This document shows positions 46,001 through 58,335 of a stretch of 64,000 nt of DNA, piece by piece. Positions within the stretch are counted from its first letter, which is position 1; every line of letters begins with the position of its first letter. Under the pieces are notes generated by a model, which was not told where the DNA came from, did not search any database, and was given only the letters and a program-made list of their open reading frames with translations. Position numbers and translations under genes: made by a program. Source of the stretch: Octopus sinensis (Eukaryota); NCBI RefSeq assembly GCF_006345805.1, contig NC_043002.1, forward strand, positions 93,558,001-93,622,000. Direction: 5' to 3'.

Positions 46001-49000
46001 ATAAAAATGTCAAGCACTGAAGACAGTGGGTAGGGAAAGGAGGAACACCAGCACCCCAGACTAAAGAAGGTCTTCACCCACATAAGATGTTGTTATCTCT
46101 TTGGTGAGATATGACAAGTTTAGTCCACTTTGAATTTTTGAACCCAAACCAAATGATAACAAAGGAGATCTACTATGAGCAGCTTGAGCGGCTTAAGTCA
46201 ACATTAGAAGAAAGATAACCATATTTGGTTTCAAGACAAAAGGTGTTCTTCCATCAGGATAATGCTCGGCCACATACAACAAGGATGGCATCCCAAAAGC
46301 TGGAGCAATTTGAATGGGAAATGATGCTCCACCTACCATATTCGCTGGACATTGCCCCATCTGATTATCATTTATTCTGCAGTCTTCAAAATCATTTGGA
46401 CGGAAAAAATATGAATTCTGTAGATAAGGTCAGAACAGTGCTGGAGGAGTATTTTTTGTCACAGACAAATGAATTTCAGAAGAGGGGCCTTGCAAGTCTA
46501 CCAGATAGATAGAAGAGCATTACAGAAAATGAAGGAAAGTATATTTTAGATTGTGGAAAAAAAAAATTCTTATCTTTATTGATATGCAACATCTTCCAAG
46601 GCTATCCTTGTTCAATTCATTTTAATTAAGTGCTTCATCAAAACTCTTTCCATAACCTTGCTAAATGCAATGACTAAAATTGGTTTTGTCTCCAAGAAGA
46701 TTTGAACTTAGGAATGAAAGTGAAAGAAACACAAGTTCTACTCCCTACTGCAATAAACTGTAACTTTTTTGTGGTGTGTATTTACAAATAAGTGAAAGTT
46801 GAGTGTTTTAGTAAGCAATACTGTGCACTGGTGGCAATGGGTTAAATATCATCAACCCAAGAATGGTAGGTTGGTACCTTAATAATCTAGCAAAATATCA
46901 ATGGGTATTTATTATCAGCAATGAATTCCACTCATTAATTGTAATTCAATGTACTGATGTGAATTATATATGATTAGAAGTAAAATCTTGAAACTTACTC
47001 TTGATTTCCCATCAATTGATCCTTCAGCGATTGGGATATCAATAATTCCTTGACAAATAAAAAGAAAGTTAAATAAATATATAAATGGAGAAAATTAAAG
47101 CACCCCTCCTCATCTTCAAGAAAGGCCAAAGTGGTTCCATTTGCAAGGAAGGTGATGGCCTTTGGTTTCTGGGGATGCAAAAGGCATTGTATTTATTATC
47201 TTCAAAAGGGCTACACCATCAATGGAGGGTATTATGCCAGCTTGCTGAGACAGTTATGAAAGACTATCAAGACCAAATGCCCAAGAAAACTGATGAAAGG
47301 GATCTCTTTTTTGATCATCATCATCATCATCATCATCGTTTAGCGTCCGTTTTCCATGCTAGCATGGGTTGGACGGTTCAACTGGGGTCTGTGAAGCCGG
47401 AAGGCTTCATCAGGCCCAGTCAGATCTGGCAGTGTTTCTACGGCTGGATGCCCTTACAAATTCTTGGTTTCAATGGCTGCTGTGCTTGACTGATTTTAAA
47501 CTGGTTAATCATCATCCCTACTCTCTTGATTTGGTCTCATCTGACGATCATCTGTTCTCCAGCATGACAAATGATTCAGAGTAACCAGAGGCATGTATCT
47601 GAGCAACAAAGATAGGGGCATACTAAATACCGTACAAAATAAATCCTAGATCAATGAAATTATCTTTGCTTCCAGAGAAGACTGAACTATTTGCTTGTTG
47701 GTAACTGAGAGCAACTCCTAATGGGAAGTGGATAAAAATCTCACAAATTCTCCAAAATTGACAAGTAATTAAGGAAAAGACAAGACATTAGTTGTGGACA
47801 GATGTTCCAGCCACAATAGGCATCATCAGCTCAGCAGTAGCCCTGCCTTATCTCCAGGATAATGAGACATTTAGAAAAACAGAAAGAACATATTTATGGC
47901 CTACATAATTTGCATGAATAAAATGAAAATGAGTTAAGAAAATAAGTGACAATTGATTGTTCTAACTTAGCTGGGAACAAAGATAATTTCAATAAACCAG
48001 TGACACATATTAGAATAAAACAAAGATGATAATGATATGCAAAATACCATACAAGGTATAAAAAAAAACTGGAAGTATCACATAGGTGTGGATGGAGATT
48101 GGTATGAATGCAGAGATATCATCTTAAGCAGAAGGGCTGTGAAGAGAGGACAGTGAGAGAAAGAAACACAGGGAAGTAGTACTGAATGGAGGTTTAATTA
48201 GAGAAAGAAAGGCTGGAGGTTTCCATAGTAATAGAAGAGAGCAGAGGATGCAAGTAGAGACAGCATCCCATGTTGAGACCCCCTTCGGTCAGACACTGAC
48301 CATGGGCTTGCACCTAGAAAGTTACCCTCTGAGGCACAAGTCTGGGCAAGGTTGTTTTATGGAAGACCAGCAGTCGCCCATGCATACCGCCCTCCCCTCT
48401 CCACGTCACCAGTGTTATCCAAGGGAAAGGCAAGGGCCGATACAGCTTGGCACCTGTGACGTCGCAACTCATTTCTACAGCTGAATGAATTGGAGCAACG
48501 TGAAATAAAGAGTCTTGCTCAAGAACACAACACGCAGCCCAGTCCGGGATTTGAGCTCACAACCTCACGATCGTAAGCTCGACGCTCTAACCACTGAGCT
48601 ACGCGCCTTCACTTGTATCACAGCATCCCATGTAGGGAGATAGTTAAGAGAGGATAATGAGATAGAGGCAGAGGAGGAGCAGTGGATGAATGCAGTAAGA
48701 ACATTCCTCTCATTAGCATTCATTGTGCAATGCTAGATCAGGAGAGTGGGTTTTCTACAGTACAGCATATCACCAGTTATTACGGTTGGCTGTCAACAAC
48801 TTTCTGAGGCTTAACACATTGGAATTGGTTTCCACTATTCCATGTCTTTCTAGGAGTTTCTCTTCTACTGATATCATCCACTTTGTGCATGTAGTACTTT
48901 TTATGCAACTATCTTCACCTATGCACATTATATGCCCATACCATAATTCCCTATATACGTAGCTTTTCTCTGGAATTGAAAGGCTTTAAAGTAAACTAGC

Positions 49001-52000
49001 CATCACAAAAATTATAACAAATAGAAAAAGAGACAGGACTCTGATGCCATCAGGAAAAGAACCATGTTTGCAGAAAAGAAGTAGGAAGAAACTCTTTACA
49101 GCATGCTCATTGTAAATAATGGTCACACAAGACAATGATGACAATGACAGGAAACGGTACTAAGAAAATAGTTTTGATTTAGAAAATGATTCAAAAACTC
49201 CACAAAAATTAAAATAAGTTTGTTTTGGAATCTGAGATAGTCAGAAATTTTAGAGGCAAAATACATACCAACATCAGGATTTGGTACACCTTTAGTTATG
49301 GCCCAGTACGTTTTGAGAACTTCTTGTTCTCTGAACATCTTATGAAGAACAGCTGCCATTTCTGCTGTCCTATATGAAATATAATTTTAAAAACAAATGA
49401 TTTATTATTAGCTGTCTTCTGATGAAAGAGAATAACTGAATAGACAGAGAGGTGCCAAGGAAAATACTTTTACCTTGCAAGTAAGAGAACCCCTGTGGTT
49501 TCTTTGTCAAGGCGATGGATAAGATGGAGTGTTCCTTTGTGGTAAATCTTAGCTGCAAGTTCTGGTAGTAGATCTGCTAGACTCACATGCACACCGGGAC
49601 CACCTAAAAGTAAATATATTGTATAACAAGAATGAAATATGTTCCTTCCTACCAGCAATTAAACTGAAATTCTAAATCAAAAAATTATCATAATTATTTT
49701 TAACATAAGCAATAGTCTGTCATGCTACTACATGAACCACATAAAGACACCTTCATTAATTTGTTGCCAATTGTTATTGACCACAAATTAATGAAGTGAC
49801 CTTATATGGTTACTAGAAATAGGAACCATAAACAAGGAAAGGATATTAGATTATATAGTTTTACATTTCCTTAAATAATATTTACTAGCTGTAGACAATT
49901 TTGCCCTCTCGTTGAACTGTTACTCTGAGTCCACTGACTCTAGATAATTTAGTCCATTAATTTACTGTTTCTTTGCTCACTTGTTTTAGTTAGAAGGTGC
50001 TATGACCAAACTGATAATAAAAGCATTCAGTGATGGATGATTATGTAGTCTTTCTTGAAAGTATTGGGTTGTCCGGAAAGTTCGTGCTGATTTTTAAGGG
50101 AAAGAAAAAGGTCAATAAATACTTGCCATTACATTTTTCATCAACCAAATATGAACCATTTTGTTGCACAATGCATCTCCATCTTTAACTTGAATATACC
50201 TTCTTCCCAGAATTGAGGTGGTTTCATGGCAAAGGTATCTTTTTACATCATCCAAGGAATTGAAATTTTTACCATTAAGACTATTCTGCAGAGACCTGAA
50301 TAAGTGGAAATCTGAAGGATCAATATCTGGTGAATATGGAGGGTGGGGTAACACATCCCAGCCGAGCTGCAGCAATTTTTGTCTAGTTCCCAAAGTATCA
50401 AGTGCCAAAAATGAACTTTCTTATCTTCCATTTTAAAGGGTTACAGAATTAACACAGGTTATAAGAACATAAAACTTCTTCCACAAAAAGATAGCTTAAA
50501 CTGTGATCTAAATGGAGGTGTAGTCAAATCCTATTTTGTGGACTCAACCATGTTCTAAAATAAGCTGAAAGGTAAGCTACTATAAATCAGCACAAACTTT
50601 TCGGACATCCCAATATATAACAGTTTCTTAGGCAAAAATGACAAAAGCAAAAGTGAGCAAAGATAAGGGTAAGTAAAGGATATGTATTTAACTCCATAAT
50701 ATATATATTTCTATTACTTTATAATATATATATCCTGCATTATAGCTACATCATACTATGGGATTTTGTACTTACAGAATTATAAAGTATGATTATTAAT
50801 ATGGGGATATGGTCTGCATTAGAAATTCAAATAAATTGTAACAGTTCCTCATGGAAACCCAAACTTTTATAATTATTTCATCATCTTCATCATCATCGTT
50901 TAACTTAAGTTTTCCATGCTGGCATGGGTTGGACAGTTTGACTGAGGTCTGGAGAGCCAGCAGCAGCACCAGATTGGAGTTTGGTGTAGGTGCTGGCTCT
51001 CCAAACTGCAGTCAAACCGTCCAACTCATGCCAGCATGGAAAACGGACATTAAACGATGATGATGATGATGATAATGAAATAATTGTAACAGTTTAACCC
51101 TTTAGTATTTAAACCGGCCATATCCGGCCAAAATATTTAATCTGTTTTATGTTCAAACTGACCAGATCCAGGCCCTCACACCTACCCTACAATGTTATTC
51201 TACATTAAGTAATTACACCATCAAGATCTTGAAGATATGAAATAATGCATGATTAATTCAAATCAATGGGAATCAACAGGCATTATGTTTGATAGAATAA
51301 TCTGAACACTAAAGGGTTAAAAGTTACACTTTTTCCTTCACCAAAAATGCTTTTTTATTTAACATCAAATATAGTTAATTTGAAAAACTAGTCACATTAT
51401 ATACATACATACACGTGTAAATGTGTGTACACAGGTGTTTGTGTCTCTTATGTGAGGTACATGGACAGGTGAGCGAGCAAGTAAGTCTCTATCCATTTGT
51501 CTATCTATCTCAGACATGCTTTTCAAGAAGTGGGCTGCATGAGACCTGGCCCATAATTAGGTACAAAAATCCAAGGTAAATTTTTGTTCACTGTGCTGTT
51601 CAGAATGTCCTGCAGATTGCAGGTTGTCCAAATGCCCACCCATCTGACTAGGAAACCCTCAGATTTGAATGGGGTTTGGGGAGAAAAACATGGCTAGGCT
51701 GTATCTGTGACTTTACAAATATTCCAAGAAAAGAAAGCCTACATCAAATTCACAAAGATATCATGACATTTGCAAATAAAGTAGTTTTGCAAAAAATCAT
51801 ACAGGATGATGTGGTCATGCTCCATAGAGAAAGTTTAAGGAGGAACTGGTGCTGTTAGATTAAAAGCAAAGATACAGGTTGAGGATACAAATATTCCCAA
51901 AGTTCCACTTGAATTGATTGCTAAGAGTTGGCACTCAGAAGAACGTCTGCAAATTTTTGCTGGTAACAAGTCTAATTGTGAATGTAACATAGAAATCATG

Positions 52001-52435
52001 AGAAGTTTACCAATTTACAATGAGCAGTTCCTTTACTGAACAAAGAGATGAAGCACCATAAAAATCGAACAATTTCTTCACCATTCAAGATGATGAGGAT
52101 GAATTATAGGATAAATAATGTCACTCTGCTGCTATCCTTCCTTCAGTAACCAGCACCTTTTGTGGAAAGAACATATCCTGTTATGATATGACAATTGTTG
52201 TTTATTCTGCAAAGTTGTTCTCAAATGCTATGTATACATATTGTTCCATGGAACTGCCATGACGTTTCCCCCCAACATGAAGATAAAGGTGTACAATGCC
52301 GCAATGCTCCCATGCCTCCCGAGAGTATTTCAGCTGCAAAAGATCTTCATACATTTGAATGTATGTTGAATACATCTTATATGACTTTAAACAAATACAC
52401 TTTATTCAATCCTGCTTTGTATGACTTAATATGTA

Positions 52436-52467
<32 letters not shown>

Positions 52468-55400
52468 ATCAAAATAAGCAACAAGAATATCTTCGGTAAT
52501 TTGGTAAGATCGTTTCACGCTACATCATTTTATTAAACATTGTAAGTATTACAACAGTTTTAAAATGTTGAGCAATCATCGGCCGTTTATAGAGGTTTTC
52601 CATCAATACATATAATTATTTTCATGTTAATTAATAACATTATAAAGAGGGTAGATATATATATATGTTTACTAAATTCACTCACAAAATATTAATCAAC
52701 CAGGGGCTTTAAAAGAAGACACTTGCCCAAGGTGCCACACAGTGGGACTAAACTCAAAACCAAGTAGTTGAAAAGCAAAATTCTTAACTCTTCAACTCAC
52801 ACTGACTGACTTTAGGGTGTGACTTGTAGGAAATATGGTGACTATTTCTAGCAGGCCAAGTGATTGTGTAGAGCAGTGATTTTCAACCTTTTGCAATCCA
52901 AATACTAAAAGCGGAATAGTTTGTCATTGCCTTTCTAAAGTTATATTACATAAGAAACAAAATTTAATTATTTTTAAAGTGGAGATAGGTAACATGCTAC
53001 ACTTTACCACTAAACAATAAATACTTTGACATTTCTGAAATGTCTTAAAACAGTGCAGTATATTTGGAAAGCATAAGTGACACTGATTAGAAAAGTAAGG
53101 TGTAAAGGCTCTTTCATTAGCTTGCCATATTAATGAATTGTTAAGGCATTTACTGAGTTTAAATAAAAGATAGGCTTCATAAATATCAACTTACCATGAG
53201 AAGACAGGCCATATGGCTTATTGATAGCAACAATGTCATCTGTAACATAAAATAAGAAAATACATTTCATATTCTTTCATTTTTATTATTCAACCCTTTT
53301 ATTACCATATTTCTGTTGAGATGCTCTGTGTTTCTTTCAATTAATCTTTATATATAAAAGTGAAGTTGTGTGTCTGTCTCCTATGATTTAGATTCCTAAC
53401 TACTCCCACATTTTGCGGTGCAGTTTAACCAAAACCGGGTATCTTATAGTTGTGATTCATATCGAGCCCTTCTGGGTATTAGCACGCGTCTACGATATTA
53501 AAAAAAATTTACCATCCTTTTTTTCCATTTGAATGCATTTTTTCGCTATTATATAAGGGAACTAACCCTCTAAAAATGTCTACGATGAGTCAACGATTTA
53601 AAAAAAAATTTACCATAATTTTTTTCCCATTTTTAATGCATTTTTTTGCTATTTTTTGGCTATAACTCTCTAAAAATGCTTATATAGTTATTTCCCTTAC
53701 AAACCCAAGCAACGCCGGGTGATACTGCTAGTTTTAAATATAACAAAGAATTTAGTAAAATAGCTTAGTTATCATTAAGCTTGTGTTAGGAACATAAATT
53801 GTGACTAAGTGTTGGTGGAAGATTTTAATTCTGAACTTTTGATAACAAGACATTTGTACTAGAGCCAGAGGTGGTTTCAGCTGGGTTGGTGTCAAAAAGG
53901 TCAAGAAATAAAGGTGGTGAACTAGGAGAATCATTACTGCACCAGAAGAAGTATATTTCTTCTAGCTTTATGTTCCGATTTCAAAAGCCATCAAGGTTGA
54001 CTTTGCCTTTCATTGTCTTGGGGTTAATTAAAAAAGAACCAGTTGAATACTGGGGTTGACGTAACCCACAAGTCCCTCCCCACCAAATTTCAGACCTTGC
54101 GCCTATAGTAGACAGGATTACGTAAAAATAAAGAATGCAGATTCATTAAACCAAATATTTAAAATAAATGTTATAGGCGCAGGAGTGGCTGTGTGGTAAG
54201 TAGCTTGCTAACCAACCACATGGTTCCGGGTTCAGTCCCACTGCGTGGCATCTTGGGCAAGTGTCTTCTGCTATAGCCCCGGGCCGACCAATGCCTTGTG
54301 AGTGGATTTGGTAGATGGAAACTGAAAGAAGCCTGTCGTATATATGTATATATATATATGTGTGTGTATGTGTTTGTGTGTCTGTGTTTGTCCCCCTAGC
54401 ATTGCTTGACAACCGATGCTGGTGTGTTTACGTCCCTGTCACTTAGCGGTTCGGCAAAAGAGACCGATAGAATAAGTACTGGGCTTACAAAGAATAAGTA
54501 CCGGGGTCGATTTACTCGACTAAAGGCGGTGTTCCAGCATGGCCGCAGTCAAATGACTGAAACAAGTAAAAGAGTAAAGAGAGAGTGATTCAAAACAAGG
54601 TGAAGACTGACTACAGCTTATTTCTACAATTACGACATCAGTAAAAAAATGGTAAGTTTATGCAACGAATGAGTAAAATTTATATCTTCAGCTTTTACTT
54701 GATGTTTCATGCAGATAATTCCTTAAAACATTTCAAATGCTTTGGACAGATAAACGAAGCATTGAACTAAATAACAAAATCACTTAATGACTAGAGAATA
54801 TTGTATTAATTGTTAGCAATAGTATTATATAATTAGAGCCTAATGAGTAATTGAGTCTGTTTTTCATAACTTCATGAACTACATATAAACTGAAGGAATG
54901 AATAACTAACTGTAAATAGTATATGAGAAAGGAATTAGTTTCAGATGCAACATTGCATCAAAACTGTAGAATGCTATAACATTCTGAGAACCAAAAATAA
55001 TGCAGAAAAAAAGAAAATATTTCAGTATATTGATATTATAATTGAGTGTAGTAATAACTCATTGTTTAGTATTTTTCTCAACAAGAAACATGTACTCCAT
55101 TTCAAGTAATCTTTAATATTTAAAATAGAGTATTAACCCCTTACCCAACAATTATTTTGAAAATAAATGTATTTTTTCAGACATATTTTTTTATTGTTTT
55201 ATTTTACTATGTTTTGAATGGTGATTTTGAGGTATATTTCAAACCTTATTTATTATGAATTTTAATTCAATAATATTGATTTTAAATTACCGCTTTGGGC
55301 AGAAACGAGTTAACCCATTTTTAGACGAAGGAACTCGTTTGCTGTCGATTTTGGCGAGTCTATCTTTTGACGAGTTAACTCGCCAGAGATAGAAGAAAAC

Positions 55401-58289
55401 GATTTCGGTCAAAACGCATATATTTGTTTCTGCCGGGTAAGGGGTTAATAACATTACCTACACGTTTTGTACTAAGGATTTTAACTTCTATCATAGATTA
55501 AAATAATTTTCCTAGGGCACCATTTGAGTAAGATCGTTACCAGCGTCGCCTTACTAGCACTTGTGCATGTGCTAGTAGGGTGCTAATCCGAGCGAGATCG
55601 TTGCCAGAGGAGCCAACTGGCTTCCGTACCCGTGGCACGTAAAAGGGCACAATTTGAGCGTGATTGTTACCAACGTCGCTTCACTGACACATGTAAAAAG
55701 ATTCGAGCAAGGTCGTTGCCAGTACCGCCTGACTGACGCCCGTGCCGGTGGCACGTAAAAAGCACCCGCAACACTCTCGGAGTGGTTGGCGTTAGGAAGG
55801 ACATCCAGCTGTAGAAAATCTGCCAGATCAAGATTGGAGCCTGGTGCAGCCATCTGGTTCGCCAGCCCTCAGTCAAAATCGTCCAACCCATGCTAGCATG
55901 GAAAGCGGACATTAAACGATGATGATGATGTAACATCCATATTTCTATACCAGTATACATTGCACTGAGCTGTAATGAATTTCAATCCTGTGCTATGCCA
56001 TCAACATAACCCACCACTAAGGTCTGATCATATCACCTTCACTCAAGACTTCTGATGTACTCAATTGACCTCTCATCACCTATAGTTTCCCTTGCAAGAC
56101 TTTCATGTCCCCACTTTTCTAAATCTCCCCTCTCCAGAATATTATCCCCCTTCCAGCATTGCTTCCTGCAACCCTTTTACTTGTTTCAGTCATTTGACTC
56201 TGGCCATGCTGGAGCACCACCTTTAGTCGAGGAAATCGGCCCCAGGACTTATTCTTTGTAAGCCTAGTACTTATTCTATCTGTCTCTTTTGCTGAACCGC
56301 TAAATTACGGGGACGTAAACACACCAGCATCGGTTGTCAAGCGATGTTGGGGGGGACAAACACAGACACACCAACATGTACACCACATACATACAAATAC
56401 ATATATACGACGGGCTTCATTCAGTTTCCGTCTACCAAATCTACTCACAAGGCTTTGGTCGGCCTGAGGCTATAGTAGAAGACACTTGCCCAAGGTGCCA
56501 CTAGTGGGACTGAACCCGGAACCATGTGGTATGCAAGCTACTTACCACACAGCCACTCCTCAAGAGAGCCGACTTTGATGGCAACAATAGTAACAATTCT
56601 CTAAACTGCATTCTTTCATTCTATCTCAATGTTAGTCTGCAATAATGTCACCCTCTTCCAATGTTAACCACCAAACTATTAGTAGCTCTCCATCAGCACC
56701 TATGTCATACTTAATACTTACCAGAGCCGGTGGCACGTAAGAGAACCATCCGAATGTGGCTGTTACCAGCGCCACCCCGACTGGCCTCCGTGCCGGTGGC
56801 ACGTAAAAAGCACCCACTACACTCACAGAGTGGTTGGTGTTAGGAAGGGCATCCAGCTGTAGAAACACTGCCAGATCGGACTGGTGCAGCCTTCTGGCTT
56901 CCCAGACCCCAGTTGAACCGTCCAACCCATGCTAGCATGGAAAGCAGACGTTAAATGATGATGTTGATGATTATCTTTTTTTTTTCTGCTTGTGTAATTT
57001 TATTTAATTAAATATTGTTTCTAGCTTCCTAATTTTATGTTCACCAACTTTCCACTTTATTATATATCTATGTGTTTTATGCAGTGCTAATAAAGTGATT
57101 ATTGTTGCAATATTTGTATAATAGCCATACAAACTGTTGTCGATTTTGTTTTACATCCATTTTTTCATGATAGCATGGCTTAGATGACTATATATTGAGA
57201 CAATGTTTTCCATTTTACAACTGCCCTTCCTGTCAGTATTTCATACTATTTTTCAAGTAAGGGATTTAAAATTTTGTTTTATTCAGTATGTTTTCAATAG
57301 TGCAGAGCTAAATGATTCGTTGGCATGGAATGATACCAAGCTTCACTGTTACTCAACACAGAATGTAAACATTTATAGACATGCATGCACACACAACAAG
57401 CTTCTGTACAATTTCTGTTTACCAAATTTACTCACAAGACATTAGTTGGTCTAAAGCTATAGTAGAAGATGCCATACAGTGAGACTGAACTAAAAGCCAC
57501 ATGGTTGAGAAGCAAACACCTTATCCACATAGCCATCCATGTCTGCACATATATATCGAATAAATATACAGAAAATGCAAAAATGTAATAAGAGTTATAC
57601 TTACTCCTATTATAAATAATTCTGCTTTTAATATGATTTACGATTTCATAGCTTGTCAGTTTAGTTAAATCAGTAACTTGGTCTTTCAAAATACGGAAAC
57701 CTTTACTGTCTAAAAGAGGACCATCAGGATCTGTGGTAGAAACCGAGTAAAGAAATATCACAGTTGAAATAGAAGTTTAAATAAGGGTAGCAATAAAATG
57801 AGAGTTACAGAAACAAATGGAACAGAAACTGAAAGAACTTAGCATATTTAGAGCCACAGTAGTTTCAACCAATTCAGAAGTCCCAAGTTTAATTAACGAA
57901 GCCTAGTTTGAACATGCATTTTCTGGCTACTTTGTTCATTGGTGATTTGGAAATGAGATATAGATTTGATGCTTATAAAGACGAATGCACAATATATATA
58001 TATACAAATTGAGATAGGGGTTGTAAATGCAACCCTCCATGGGATAACATATATCCAATATACTGCTAGTGAAGTACCCAACAAAGTTAATACATAAATG
58101 TTAATGATTGCGATGCAATCAATTCATTTACTGTATTAAAATACAAAGGTAAAATGATTTACCACAGATTACTAATACAAGATAAGAAAATGGAGAAATA
58201 CATCTAAGTGGTGGTTTAATAAAGTATGTGATTGAGTATTATCTGGTAATTGATATTTGATGTAGTTGTATTTCTCCATTTTCTTATCT

Positions 58290-58335
<46 letters not shown>

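Noticed and set aside
49751-49796. 14-bp AT-rich hairpin as a pre-miRNA
   Set aside because: Too short and AU-rich, with no supporting features visible
51440-52200. Coding-like, possibly transposase-derived stretch
   Set aside because: No motif could be identified with confidence; many stops
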